Notes: generated from the letters alone by a model not told the origin. A DNA stretch of 64,000 nucleotides from an uncultured virus (IMG/VR IMGVR_UViG_3300047320_000091) (IMGVR_UViG_3300047320_000091), one strand, 5' to 3'; shown: positions 29,336 through 39,649, counted from the first letter of the stretch. A program made the numbers and translations.

Positions 29336-30994
29336 TTAGCGATTGTTGCTTTGGGCGTAGCGACGGGGGCGATCAGTGCGTCCCATCAGCTGGTCTTCGA
29401 CCATGTCGTTCATCCAGCGCTGCATCTGCTCGTGCTGACGCGGATCGAGCTGTGCAGTCTGGATGTCGTCGACGATCACTTGTCGGGCGGTCAGGCCGGA
29501 GACGCCGAGATTGGCGACATGAGCAGCGTCAGCACCTGGAGCAGCAGGATCGACGCTGAAGAACACCCGATGATCATGGTCGTTCGGGTAGTCGCGGTAC
29601 TGCATGGTGCGGAGCCAGGGGTTGCGGCCTTCGCGGTCTGCTGCCATCAGCTCCTTGCGCAGCATGTCCCTGATGGATGGGCCGTTGGCGTGGTCACCTT
29701 CGAGACGGAGGCGCATGATCTGATCCTGCTCGATCATGCGGATCTGCACGGGCGAAAGTGGGTTTCCCTGTTCGTCAAACCGCCATTCGACACTCTTGTG
29801 GATTCGGCGCTCACCCTTCTGAACCATCTCGTCTTTGGGATGGTTCTTGCCAGTGAATGTGCAGTGCTCGCCGTGAGTCTCGAAGTGCTCCTTGCACCAG
29901 TAGTAGCCGGCACCCATCAGCACCCGGTACTCGTTTGACCAGATCTGCTTGGTGGCGCGACAGGTGAAGGCGTAGCCGTCGATGGCGTCCTTGCACCACT
30001 CCTGCTCGATGCCGCGGACGAGCCGGAACTCCTTCGCAGGCCTGCCAGCACGCATCTTTGGGCACCACTGATACAGATCGGAGTGACCCACGCTGCTGCC
30101 GCAGATGATGTACTTGTGACCGACCGTATCCTTGAGCGGTCCATCGTACGTCTCGAAGTAATCACCCTTCAGGATGACACAGTCGATGTTGTCGAAGTAC
30201 GGCATCACGTAGAACCCAGGCTTCTCCGGATGTTCGATCTTCAGAATCTTGGCGCCTGACGGAAACTTCCCGTCGTTGTAGGCGTCCGCGTAGCCCTCGG
30301 CTTTCATCGCCGCCTGCATGCGCTGGATGTCGCCGTAGCAGCGCCCGAAGAGCTTCTTCTCGGGCCAGCACAGGACGCGGGACTGGATGCGGCCCTCGGC
30401 GTTCTTCGTGTAGGCGACGGCGAGGTCGCCGGCCCCGTAGGGATCGGTCGGCCAGTAGGGGTCCATCGCACTGAAGTTGTGCTTGCCGTCCATGCAGGAC
30501 GAGGGCCCGGTCTTGTAGATCTCGGAGATCTCCTCCGGCTTGAAGACGTAATGAATCTCACCAGCCGGATCGACCGCGGCGATCAGGCGACGACGATGGT
30601 CGTCATCCACCTCCGGGTAGAACTTGGTGAGGTATCGGCCGGGCGTCGTGATCGTCACGCGATCGATCGTCCCCAGCTCCTCGCTCTCGGTGTAGGCGAT
30701 CTTGGAAGGGTCGCGTGCCGAGAGATGGGCGAAGTGATCCGTAATGGGCTGGAGGTCCCACGCCTCCGGCAGCGCCTTGAGTTGGCCGGATGCGAGACGC
30801 TCCTGCTGGCGACCGCGCCAGTCCGGAGCCTGTGCCATGCGCCGCGGCTGCACCTTGTAGCCGAGCTGGTCGGTCAGCTGCTTGGCAGCCTTTGCTGCGT
30901 CGCTGCCCTTCTCATAGGGATCGTGATCGGGAAGGGGCACGTCACGCATGCCACCGTTCCCGTCCGGCTCTAACCGGACGAGGTAGAACGACAT
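29336..30994 (-). CDS. large hypothetical protein
   Basis: 552-aa ORF with GGAGG RBS; contains GPSSCM...RCYGD...MPYFD. Confidence 0.7.
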   Translation of the reverse strand: MSFYLVRLEPDGNGGMRDVPLPDHDPYEKGSDAAKAAKQLTDQLGYKVQPRRMAQAPDWRGRQQERLASGQLKALPEAWDLQPITDHFAHLSARDPSKIAYTESEELGTIDRVTITTPGRYLTKFYPEVDDDHRRRLIAAVDPAGEIHYVFKPEEISEIYKTGPSSCMDGKHNFSAMDPYWPTDPYGAGDLAVAYTKNAEGRIQSRVLCWPEKKLFGRCYGDIQRMQAAMKAEGYADAYNDGKFPSGAKILKIEHPEKPGFYVMPYFDNIDCVILKGDYFETYDGPLKDTVGHKYIICGSSVGHSDLYQWCPKMRAGRPAKEFRLVRGIEQEWCKDAIDGYAFTCRATKQIWSNEYRVLMGAGYYWCKEHFETHGEHCTFTGKNHPKDEMVQKGERRIHKSVEWRFDEQGNPLSPVQIRMIEQDQIMRLRLEGDHANGPSIRDMLRKELMAADREGRNPWLRTMQYRDYPNDHDHRVFFSVDPAAPGADAAHVANLGVSGLTARQVIVDDIQTAQLDPRQHEQMQRWMNDMVEDQLMGRTDRPRRYAQSNNR

Positions 30995-31513
30995 TTCAGT
31001 CCTCCATTTGCTCTTAGTTGCATTCAAACAAACGTGCAGACGCACGTATCCCGTTGATTGCGCTGGGGTTCCTTTGAAATAGGAGGAAGTCCCAGCGGTC
31101 GTTGCTACACCGCGTTATTTGCATTCATGCGCATGAAAGCGCAAGCTAAATTTTCAAACAACCCCGCCCGGGTCTATCGTTTGGATGGCCTGTAGGGATG
31201 GTCTATCCCTCGCATTGTAGAATCGTTTTCGCATTTCCTGGCTCCGTCTCACTGTGAAGGGGGTATGAGAAGAACCCGGAGCAGCGGTCTGTCCCGAGAA
31301 TTGAACATGCGGAACCTCCTGATGATTCCGCAGAGATTGAGGGTGAGCATTGTACGCACTCTTTTTGGTTTGACGCTCCGGTTTCGAGTCGTCTGTTGGT
31401 AGCCAAGTTCCCTGCCTATTGTGATGCTAGTCGTGGTGTTGACGTCGAGGCCAACCGGCACCCCGAACGTCGGCGGTTGAGGGGGACCTCATGAAGCATC
31501 CCCCGAAGCTCGA

Positions 31514-31705
31514 TCACTCCTCCTCGGTGACGTAGTCGATGAGGAAAGACTCGAGCCCATCTGCGTGCGCCGCATCGCATACGGCGTCGATATTCTTGTA
31601 GGCGCCGTGCCAGCGTTTGCCTGGCCACTTGGCGCGAAGCGTGTTGCCGTTCAGCCTGGCGTAGAGCACAGGCTTGCCGGCTTGTTCGTCAGAAACCTCG
31701 GACAT
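31514..31705 (-). CDS. hypothetical protein
   Basis: small co-directional ORF. Confidence 0.45.
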   Translation of the reverse strand: MSEVSDEQAGKPVLYARLNGNTLRAKWPGKRWHGAYKNIDAVCDAAHADGLESFLIDYVTEEE

Positions 31706-31874
31706 GATCGATCCCTTCGAACAGGCGGGTCTGCTCTCGGATGCGAGCGACCTCGATCTCGGCGTCCACGCGCTCGTCCTCAAGGATCGCCAGTGCGGCT
31801 TCCTTGCGACGGCGCATCAGTTCGGCCCATGATCCCCGATATGGAGTGATCGGCCCCTTTCTTGAGAGTCCCAT
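31689..31874 (-). CDS. hypothetical protein
   Basis: small ORF MGLSRKGPI... Confidence 0.45.
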   Translation of the reverse strand: MGLSRKGPITPYRGSWAELMRRRKEAALAILEDERVDAEIEVARIREQTRLFEGIDHVRGF

Positions 31875-31875
31875 G

Positions 31876-32613
31876 TCAGTAGTCCTTCCAGTCGATCGTG
31901 ATGGTCCCATCTGGACCGGTTGCCAGCTCAGCCTCGAAAAACTCAACGGCCTTGCGAATTGCGGGCATGTACGGGCCAGACCCTCGCCTTGCGCGGAGGG
32001 CGGCCACATTCGTGAAGTAGGCTGATGTCCCAAGCTCGCAGTCGAGGCCGCGCATCGACAGGCCATCTTCCCTGGCGCGCTTCCGGATCGCGTCTGCGAG
32101 CGGCTCGCCGATGATGGCGAGTGGCTTGTCCCAAGGGTTGAACAACTCAATGCCGAGCGCCTGAGCACGCTGTTGGATTTCGAATCTGGTGCGGTGTGGA
32201 AGGACGCGACGGACAGCACTCGGACCTCTTGTCGGTGCAAGTCGCCGTAGCTCCTCATCTTCGCCATGCCTCCAGGGCAGACGCTGGAAGCCGAGCCCCG
32301 GCGTTTTGTCTCTCTTTGCCTGGACCGATTGTCTTGATCTGTACGGCGGCAGAAGCTGCAAGAGATCGGACGTCTTCAGGTGCCGATTGCGGCGCATGAT
32401 ATCGATCTCTGCCGTGGTGTATTGCTTGCCGCTAGTGACCCACGGATTCGGATCGTCAGTGGACCTCTCGGCAGACGAATTTCTCTCTGCAGTCCGGGCA
32501 GCTGATGACGTCGCCCGAGCAGTCTCCTTCTTCATCGAACTCAAAGTTGCATTCAGGACAGATGAAGTGGGTGCGTAGCCATCCAAGGCAGCGTTCGAGG
32601 TTCTCATTGTCAT
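31876..32613 (-). CDS. putative DNA-binding protein (Myb/SANT-like repeats and HTH)
   Basis: YTTAEIDIMRR and WRHGEDEELRRL repeats; true start uncertain. Confidence 0.5.
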   Translation of the reverse strand: MTMRTSNAALDGYAPTSSVLNATLSSMKKETARATSSAARTAERNSSAERSTDDPNPWVTSGKQYTTAEIDIMRRNRHLKTSDLLQLLPPYRSRQSVQAKRDKTPGLGFQRLPWRHGEDEELRRLAPTRGPSAVRRVLPHRTRFEIQQRAQALGIELFNPWDKPLAIIGEPLADAIRKRAREDGLSMRGLDCELGTSAYFTNVAALRARRGSGPYMPAIRKAVEFFEAELATGPDGTITIDWKDY

Positions 32614-32800
32614 GGCTCATGCGCGGGCGAACCGCTTGTTGATGTCGACGAAACGCCGCTCTTGTCGGCGTTGCCGTCCTCGATCGGATTTCGAGAACGG
32701 CTCGTAGTGGCGCTTCCAGGTGTGACCTTCGAGAAGAAAGCGGAATGCAGCGCCGATCGAGCGCTGCGCTGGCGTCCCCTTGTCACAGGGATGACGACTC

Positions 32801-33208
32801 CTACGCTGCCGCCAGATCTCCCGCATGCTGCCCATCGTTCCAGCTCCGTTCGTGCCTGTAGTGTTGTGGTTTGCGCGCCTCGTACCAGAAGGCCACGCGC
32901 GGAGGCTCTTCGAAGACGGCGATGACAGTCGGAGCCCGACCCATGCGCTTCGTGTACCAGCTCGCGGATTTGCGCAGCGTCCGGCCGCTCTCGCGGGCGG
33001 TGTCGATCAGCAGCAGATTGAACTTGTCCGGGCACTGGGCGCCGAATGGGATGAACGGGATGCCGAGGATGTGCGAGGCGTAGACGCCAGCGATAGCGCC
33101 CGATCTGCCTGGGCCGGTGACGGCGCCGACGTGACTCAGGTCTCTGCCGAAGAGGATCTCTCTGATCCGATGAGCGAACTCGTTCTCGGTGATGATGCGG
33201 ATGGTCAT
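32801..33208 (-). CDS. phosphoribosyltransferase-like protein
   Basis: GPGRSGAIAG and LLLIDTARESGRTL (degenerate PRPP-binding loop). Confidence 0.6.
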   Translation of the reverse strand: MTIRIITENEFAHRIREILFGRDLSHVGAVTGPGRSGAIAGVYASHILGIPFIPFGAQCPDKFNLLLIDTARESGRTLRKSASWYTKRMGRAPTVIAVFEEPPRVAFWYEARKPQHYRHERSWNDGQHAGDLAAA

Positions 33209-33477
33209 GCCACGGCCTTTCGTTTCACGGTGTCGATGATGCAGTCGTGTTCGATGGGGTTGTGATCGGCGAGGAACTGGAGCGCCTTCTGGTGATAGGC
33301 GCTGCCGGCGCTGGCTTCCTTGGCGACAAGGCGCCACGCCTCGATGTCAGTGAGGAAGCGGTCGCTCTCGTCGAGCTTCTGCAGCTGCCAGGGACCGTTC
33401 TCGCTGCCGAAGCATTCGAAGATGCCCCAGCCCTGGTCGAAGGCGATTGCGTTGTCGAAGGTGGCTCTGTCCGGCAT
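33205..33477 (-). CDS. hypothetical protein
   Basis: 90-aa ORF with RBS. Confidence 0.55.
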   Translation of the reverse strand: MPDRATFDNAIAFDQGWGIFECFGSENGPWQLQKLDESDRFLTDIEAWRLVAKEASAGSAYHQKALQFLADHNPIEHDCIIDTVKRKAVA

Positions 33478-33538
33478 GTGATCCTCGCGGGAATGGGAGA
33501 GGGGTGCCCGTCCCCCGAAGGAGACGGGCGAGGCTGGA

Positions 33539-34534
33539 TCAGCGGAGGTTCTTGTTCAGCGCCCAGTACGGATTGGTCCCGTCCATCGGCTTGACGAACA
33601 GGGTGGCGTAGGCGTGGTCGCGGGTCTTGACGACCTCGACATCGCGGACGCCGGCATACTGCTTGTGGAAGCGGACGACCTGACCGGGAGCGATCAGGCG
33701 ACCGTTGACCCACTTCGCATCCGGATGAGGCGGAGCAGCCGGAGCCTGCTCGACGACAGGCGCTTCGGCCTGAAAGTCGGCATCGCCCTCGTCGTGCTCC
33801 TCCTCCTCGGTGTACTCGTCGTCCGTCAGCTCCTCGTTGAGACCGACGATGTCAGCAGCTGCGACGACCGGCGTCTCGACGACCTCCGGAACGCGCGGCG
33901 GGATCGTGATCGGGAAGATGCCGAACAGGTCACCGTGGTCGTAGACCCGCTTGGCCGAGGCCTCGCTGTCGTAGACGGTCTCGTCGGTCGTCAGGGTCCG
34001 CTCGTCGTCGATGAGCAGGCGGATGTACTTCACCTGCGGCTCGGTCGAGAGGTTCTCCAGCGACCAATCGCCGCTGATGTCGTCGCCTTCCAGGTCGAAC
34101 TGGAGGACGATGTGCTCACCGCCGTCCTGCCCGGCGATCACCACCGGGTGGCTGCCATGCGGCAGCACGGCGATGATCGAAGCGTCATCCAGCTGCTGCT
34201 GGTAGTCGTTGTCCCGGAAGATCTCGAACGGCTTGTTGAAGTCGACCTTGCCGACCGGATACTTCGGCGGCTCGGGCGGCGTATCGGCAGCGGGCAGTGC
34301 CTCGGCGACGACCGGCTGCTCTTCGCCAGTGACGGCGGCGAGCACGGTCTCGGTCGAGACGTCGGCGGCGAATGCCTCGGTGTCAGCCGGGTAGGCGAGG
34401 GTGGAAGCCTGGTCGGCAGCCATGTGGTCGCGGCTGACGTAGCCGGACATGCCGATCACGTTCGACTCCGGGGTGAGCGTATGCTGCTCGTCGGAGATCG
34501 TGGCGATCGGTGCTTGTCCCATGGTCGGGTCCAT
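33539..34534 (-). CDS. acidic hypothetical protein
   Basis: ATG follows AAGGAG; phage-like codon usage. Confidence 0.65.
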   Translation of the reverse strand: MDPTMGQAPIATISDEQHTLTPESNVIGMSGYVSRDHMAADQASTLAYPADTEAFAADVSTETVLAAVTGEEQPVVAEALPAADTPPEPPKYPVGKVDFNKPFEIFRDNDYQQQLDDASIIAVLPHGSHPVVIAGQDGGEHIVLQFDLEGDDISGDWSLENLSTEPQVKYIRLLIDDERTLTTDETVYDSEASAKRVYDHGDLFGIFPITIPPRVPEVVETPVVAAADIVGLNEELTDDEYTEEEEHDEGDADFQAEAPVVEQAPAAPPHPDAKWVNGRLIAPGQVVRFHKQYAGVRDVEVVKTRDHAYATLFVKPMDGTNPYWALNKNLR

Positions 34535-34700
34535 TTGCAGTTCTCCTTTGGATTGCGGCCGACTGGTTGAGGTCACCCCGTCAGTGACGGCGGCCCGCGC
34601 TTGATTTGACGAGGTGTTTCGAACAGGTCCGTAGACCATCGTTTGCATTATGCGCAAGAGCAAATTTGCATTTGAGCAAACGATTTGATATAGAGGGGTC

Positions 34701-35153
34701 ATGCAGAAACCTGATAGCGTGTACGGGCTGCCCTGGCCTTCATCGAAGCCGGAGCGAGCGATCTTTGCGGAACTGAAGCTCGCTTGTGTCTACGCAGCCG
34801 GCCCCGATGGCGGCCGACCGCTACGGATCGGCGCCTCGACGAACCTGCTGAAGCGGATCGAGTGCCTGCAGCCCGGGAGCTGGAAGGAACTCATGGTCCA
34901 CCATGTGATCTGGACCGCGAACGATGTGCTCGCGAGCCGGATCGCAGCAGACACAGCTGCACTTCTCGACAAGTCCAACCGCCGGATGACCGGCGACTGG
35001 TTCGATGTGACGCCCGAGCTGGCCGCGCAGGCCATCCGGATCGTGGCGGAGAAGGCCGGCATCCCGACGCTGTCTCACGGTGAGGCACTGGAGCGGGTGA
35101 GAAACATCCGCCAGCACAGACTCGACAACGGCATCGTCACCAGGAAGCGCTAG
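34701..35153 (+). CDS. GIY-YIG/T5orf172-like protein
   Basis: VYAAG...LRIGASTNLLKRIECLQPGS...GDWF. Confidence 0.65.
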   Translation: MQKPDSVYGLPWPSSKPERAIFAELKLACVYAAGPDGGRPLRIGASTNLLKRIECLQPGSWKELMVHHVIWTANDVLASRIAADTAALLDKSNRRMTGDWFDVTPELAAQAIRIVAEKAGIPTLSHGEALERVRNIRQHRLDNGIVTRKR

Positions 35154-35353
35154 GTCTCCAAGGCTGCCCCGAGAGCGCTGACGTACCGATAGAGGGTGTT
35201 GTAGGTGTCGCCATTAGGAGGCACCTCAGCTTCGTTCAGGCTGCCGTCGAGATACTCCGCGGATCGAACGAGGAAGACGGCCTCCTCTTCGATCCGTATC
35301 AGGTGACGGATACGGAATAGCGACTTGATGATGTCGATCACTTCAGATGCTCC

Positions 35354-35593
35354 TCAGCGCTTGACGTAGGGGTGGCTGCATTCGCTGCCATCCATGAAGC
35401 GGTAGTGGACGAGGCCGCCGCGAACAGCAGTTGCCTCAGCCGGAACGTTGAATGCCGAAACGTTGGCGACCCGCTCCAGATGGAGCGCTGCCATAGTGCG
35501 CCCGGTCTGCGCAGACTCCCGCTGGAGCATGGTTGCGTGCCAGCCGCGGGCCCAGCCGCTGGAATTGATTCGCTCGACCTCTGTCTGCGCCAT
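35354..35593 (-). CDS. hypothetical protein
   Basis: small ORF MAQTEVER... Confidence 0.45.
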   Translation of the reverse strand: MAQTEVERINSSGWARGWHATMLQRESAQTGRTMAALHLERVANVSAFNVPAEATAVRGGLVHYRFMDGSECSHPYVKR

Positions 35594-35601
35594 GTTCTGC
35601 C

Positions 35602-35910
35602 TCAGTTTCCGGTTAGAAAATCCATGAGACGATCCTTCACATCGTGATCGTCGCATTGGATGTTGATCTCGCTGCCGCAGCACGAGACTGTCGCGGCCAG
35701 GAGATCGGGGTGCGGGAGATTGAAATCGTCGCGCCGTCGTATCCCCTGGCGTTCCTTGATGGCGTCGATCTGCTTTTGCGCCTTCTTTAGCGAGGCAGCT
35801 CGGCGGTCATCCATTGCCGCCTTGAAGAAGCGCGGCTTGCCGCTGTAGCTGACCCAGCACGGAGGATCGAGCGTGTAGGCCAGCTCCTTCACGTCTTGGG
35901 AATAAGGCAC
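35602..35910 (-). CDS. hypothetical protein
   Basis: GTG start follows AAGGAG. Confidence 0.5.
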   Translation of the reverse strand: MPYSQDVKELAYTLDPPCWVSYSGKPRFFKAAMDDRRAASLKKAQKQIDAIKERQGIRRRDDFNLPHPDLLAATVSCCGSEINIQCDDHDVKDRLMDFLTGN

Positions 35911-36437
35911 TTTTCGATCTCCTTGATGAAGTCGAGCAGGGCGCCGCAAGTGATGGCGTAGCCGCCCTCATAGGTGGCGGTTTCCCTGTAGAGCTTCTTC
36001 ATCTGCTCCACGATCTTGCGAAGGTCTTTGGACGGGTCGTGTCCGCAGTCCTCGAACGCCACCTCACGGCAACGCCGCATCATGAACTCCAGCGCGCCTT
36101 CGCCGTCGTCCTTCCATCCCTGACCTCGGGCGCAGGCCAGGAGATTTGCTCCTGTGCGCTGCTCCCGGTCGATGCGCTGGACGGCATCTGCGGCTTGCTG
36201 AATGATCGGGTGCGTGGCGTAGAGCGAGCGGAGCGCTGTCACCAGTTCACCCGAAGACTGCAACCGAGGCATTTCGTGATGCCAGGTGAACCATTCCAGG
36301 CGCTCGCCGAGGTGATCGGCCAGCTTCTCGATCTCCTCTTCACTCAGGCCGGGGCATGGCATCTTCCGCCAAATCTCGTCCTTGTGACTGGGGCCGGCGA
36401 TGAAATGGATCGTCGGATAGGTCACTTCTTGCGCCAT
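35889..36437 (-). CDS. hypothetical protein
   Basis: 182-aa ORF overlapping the end of rtcB. Confidence 0.55.
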   Translation of the reverse strand: MAQEVTYPTIHFIAGPSHKDEIWRKMPCPGLSEEEIEKLADHLGERLEWFTWHHEMPRLQSSGELVTALRSLYATHPIIQQAADAVQRIDREQRTGANLLACARGQGWKDDGEGALEFMMRRCREVAFEDCGHDPSKDLRKIVEQMKKLYRETATYEGGYAITCGALLDFIKEIEKCLIPKT

Positions 36438-37765
36438 GGTGCATCCACCTCCCAGTCGCCGGCCATGATCGACCCGTAAGGGATGATCTCGTCGACGACC
36501 TTGCCGATTCCGTACTTGTTGATCTGAGCCCGAACCGAAGCCGCGTTCTTGTAGGCCTGTGGCAACTCGGACAGGTCCGGCTTGCCGCAGTAGAAGCGAG
36601 CGTCGATGCCGATCGGCATCTCGGGCTGGTTCTCACGCAGGAACGCCTTGCGTCCCATGTTGCGGCCGGCGCCGTGGGGAGCGAAGCCGAGCGCATCCTT
36701 GTTGTTGGTGTGCTCCAGGATCAGGATCGGCTCCGCCATGTTCAGCGGCACCAGCGTGCGCCCGTCGTCGTCGGCCGAGAAGCCGGACCAGTTCGGGGTC
36801 GCGCCCTTGCCGTGGTAGAACAGGCCGTCGCTCTTCTGGAAGACGAAGTTGTGCTCGTTCCAGAAGCGATCCAAGACCGTCAGGCCCATCGCATTGCGCA
36901 CCAGGTCGTGGATGATCGTGTGGTTCGACCGGGTCCAGAGACGGACGATCTGCAGCGCCTTCCAGTAGTTCTCGCCGTCCGTGCTCGATGCCTTGAGCCA
37001 GGCATTGTGCGGCGGGACGCGCTGGGCGTGGATCGCGGTGTGCTTCTTCGCCACCGCCATCGCTCGCTTATAGAGCTGGGCGCCAAAGCCGCGGGAGCCG
37101 TGATGCGTGACCAGACACGGCTTTCCGGTCGACTTCTGGATTCCGACATAGGCGAAGTGGTTGCCGTCGCCCTGCGTGCCGAAATGCCGGGTGGCGTAAT
37201 CCTCGAGTCCAGCGGTGAACGGGTTGAGACTGATCTCCTCCATGATCGGCGAGGGGACGCGGATCATCCGATGGCTGCGACCGCCAGGGCCGAAGTGCGT
37301 CACCTGCTGCACGACGTCGAGGATGCGCTTGGGGTCTTCGTTGCGGTTGAACACCGTCACCTGGACTGAGCAGCAGATGTCAGCCGAGTGGAAGCCGGGA
37401 TGAATGGCATCCTCGCAGGCGACCACGCCGCCGACCGGGATGGTGCCGATCGCCGAGCCGGACGGGCAGGCATCGGGCATCACTGCGCCAGCCTTGATCG
37501 TCGGAACGCGCATCAGGGCGTCCATGTGCGTCGTGACGGCCTTGACGTTCTCTCGCTCCAGCTCGTTCTCGGCGTCGATCAGCATGGCGAACGGAATGCC
37601 GTTGGTCCGCATCAATATCTCGGGCGGCTGCATCCTCAACATGGCGTTGTAAATCATCTCGTCGTTCGCACCGCCGTCTCGCATGGCGTTCGCCGCGATC
37701 AGAGCGTCCTTGAACCAGCGACCCGGCTTGAAGCCCCAGGTAATCAGCTGCTTTCCGTCAATCAT
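36422..37765 (-). CDS. rtcB: RtcB-family RNA 3'-phosphate/5'-OH ligase
   Basis: MPDACP, IPVGGV, ADICCS, GDGNHF, HHGSRG, EHNF, HGKGAT, PHGAGR. Confidence 0.92.
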   Translation of the reverse strand: MIDGKQLITWGFKPGRWFKDALIAANAMRDGGANDEMIYNAMLRMQPPEILMRTNGIPFAMLIDAENELERENVKAVTTHMDALMRVPTIKAGAVMPDACPSGSAIGTIPVGGVVACEDAIHPGFHSADICCSVQVTVFNRNEDPKRILDVVQQVTHFGPGGRSHRMIRVPSPIMEEISLNPFTAGLEDYATRHFGTQGDGNHFAYVGIQKSTGKPCLVTHHGSRGFGAQLYKRAMAVAKKHTAIHAQRVPPHNAWLKASSTDGENYWKALQIVRLWTRSNHTIIHDLVRNAMGLTVLDRFWNEHNFVFQKSDGLFYHGKGATPNWSGFSADDDGRTLVPLNMAEPILILEHTNNKDALGFAPHGAGRNMGRKAFLRENQPEMPIGIDARFYCGKPDLSELPQAYKNAASVRAQINKYGIGKVVDEIIPYGSIMAGDWEVDAPWRKK

Positions 37766-37903
37766 TTCTTGTCCTTCACTGCCACCTTCTCAAGGTGCCG
37801 CAGTAGCCAGTTTGGATCGGTGACCGGGACGAGCTTGGTATAGGTCGGTGAGACGACCTCAACGCGAAACTCCGTCCCGGCAAAGGTGATGGTGCTGCCG
37901 TGC

Positions 37904-38479
37904 TCAAGCGGCGGATGATCTGGCATCGATTAGCTGCTGGGCGATGCTGCGCTCGCCGGCTTTGATGACTTCAAAGGCATCAGCCCAGATCGGATAGCAG
38001 GCCTGCCGGATGTTGATCATCGCAATGAGCTGTTCGCGTTTCTCGGCCACGTAGATCTGAGCGAACTTGACGTTGTGCTCGACCATGCTCGGGACGTTGT
38101 CCATGATGTCGGCGCACTTAACCATCTGCCCCTTCCAGGAGGCGCCAGCGATGTACTGCCGATCAAGGCGCTTACGCATCGGGCGCTTTCCGTGCTCCGG
38201 ACGACTGACGTTGGTCACTTCGAGGACGATCTCGGCAGATTCGATGCCAAACTCCTTCACCAGCTCTTCGTACGTGGCGTCGGTGTCTTCGAGTGTGTCG
38301 TGCAGCCATCCGGCCACAACGATCGGGGTGCTGGCGCAGTAGCGGATCAGCCGGTTCGATACCCGACCGCAATGATGCCAGTAGGGCTCGGGGTTGAAAT
38401 CGCGCATTTGGTCGCCATGCTTTCTGATGGCGAACTCCCGCGCCTTTCTGCACTTCTCCAGGTCCAATTCGGGGATCAT
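37904..38479 (-). CDS. HD-domain SpoT/Mesh1-like small alarmone hydrolase
   Basis: HGDQMR...[24 protein letters not shown]. Confidence 0.8.
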   Translation of the reverse strand: MIPELDLEKCRKAREFAIRKHGDQMRDFNPEPYWHHCGRVSNRLIRYCASTPIVVAGWLHDTLEDTDATYEELVKEFGIESAEIVLEVTNVSRPEHGKRPMRKRLDRQYIAGASWKGQMVKCADIMDNVPSMVEHNVKFAQIYVAEKREQLIAMINIRQACYPIWADAFEVIKAGERSIAQQLIDARSSAA

Positions 38480-38480
38480 C

Positions 38481-38678
38481 TCAGGCTGCCTTCTCGTTGT
38501 CGTTGTTCGCCGCCTGGACCGCATCGAGGCGGAAGGCGAGCATGTGGATGTGCAGGGTCATCGGCTCCTTCCAGGCAAAGCCGGCCCGATCCCGATGGGT
38601 GTGGGTGAAGTTGATCTCGTCGACGATCAGCGTTCCGAATGGCAGCTTTTTGCCGGGTGGCAGACCAATTGCGAACAT
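38481..38678 (-). CDS. hypothetical protein
   Basis: GAGG RBS; ends [11 protein letters not shown]. Confidence 0.55.
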   Translation of the reverse strand: MFAIGLPPGKKLPFGTLIVDEINFTHTHRDRAGFAWKEPMTLHIHMLAFRLDAVQAANNDNEKAA

Positions 38679-38834
38679 GGTGTCCTCTCGTTTGCATTAA
38701 GAAAGCACAGCATTTGCATTCAAGCAAGCGCTATTTCACGAGGCCGCCCAGGACGACGGCAAACGCCACGGCCAGGCAGAGTGCGAGCCCCAGGTTACGA
38801 AGCCTGAGGAACTCGCGTGGGGGCGCCTGCAGCA

Positions 38835-39452
38835 TCAGATGCCGCCCTTGTCTTTCTGCTTAGCGACCGGGGCGGTCGGAGCAGCGAGGTTCGGCGGCTT
38901 GTCCATCGGGCCAAACTTCTTGATGCACTCGGCCAGAGCGTTGATGACATCGTGTGACCGGCCGATGTAGATGGCGGCGTTGCTCGTGTTGCCAGGCATG
39001 ATGAGCCGGATGGTGTCGGACTTCCAGAGTCCGTCCATGAACTCCTTGATGCCGATGTCCCCCATGATGATGGTGGTCTTGTCGACGATAGCCCAATCGA
39101 GGGTGCCGCCATTCACGACTGCATTGCCCCTGTGCATGTTGAGGCGGAGCTTCATCTTGTCGTCGACGCCAGCCTCAAGGTTCCAGCTCATATTCTGGAC
39201 ACGCAGGTACAGCTCGCCGTCAACCAGGTCGCGGATGATCTCGGCGTTAGAGCCATCCTTGAACTCGACATGAGCGAAGCAGGCCGAGTTGCGGGTGGTG
39301 TTCAGGTTGCCGCCGACGTACCAGAAGTCGTCGATCTTCTTCTCGTAGAAGCGCTTGGACTCTTCGCTGGCTGCGGCAGCATGGTTCGGAATGAGGCAGG
39401 TGAAGGCAAGCGTCAGCGCGACCGCCGACGCACAGAGTGCGTGCAGTTTCAT
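38835..39452 (-). CDS. secreted/periplasmic hypothetical protein
   Basis: N-terminal signal peptide MKLHALCASAVALTLAF...HAAAA. Confidence 0.65.
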   Translation of the reverse strand: MKLHALCASAVALTLAFTCLIPNHAAAASEESKRFYEKKIDDFWYVGGNLNTTRNSACFAHVEFKDGSNAEIIRDLVDGELYLRVQNMSWNLEAGVDDKMKLRLNMHRGNAVVNGGTLDWAIVDKTTIIMGDIGIKEFMDGLWKSDTIRLIMPGNTSNAAIYIGRSHDVINALAECIKKFGPMDKPPNLAAPTAPVAKQKDKGGI

Positions 39453-39649
39453 TGTCGTAGTTCCTTGGATTGTTAGGGTTTACTTGGTCGGAAGGCCGAG
39501 GGCGGCCCGCCTGTCGCGTTCGGACAAGAACTTATTGACCTCGTCCATTTCGAGATATGCTTCGCGCGGCACCGATGCGGTCCACTGCAATCCGTAGCGA
39601 GCCACCAGAACCTTGAACCGCTCGATCGCTTCGTCCTTTGAGCTGATTG

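Noticed and set aside
491..37369. Long plus-strand ORFs antisense to real genes (e.g. 491-1627, 2946-4241, 14672-15802, 25777-27405, 33614-34570, 36674-37369)
   Set aside because: Shadow frames produced by high GC3; no motifs, and the opposite strand encodes recognisable proteins.
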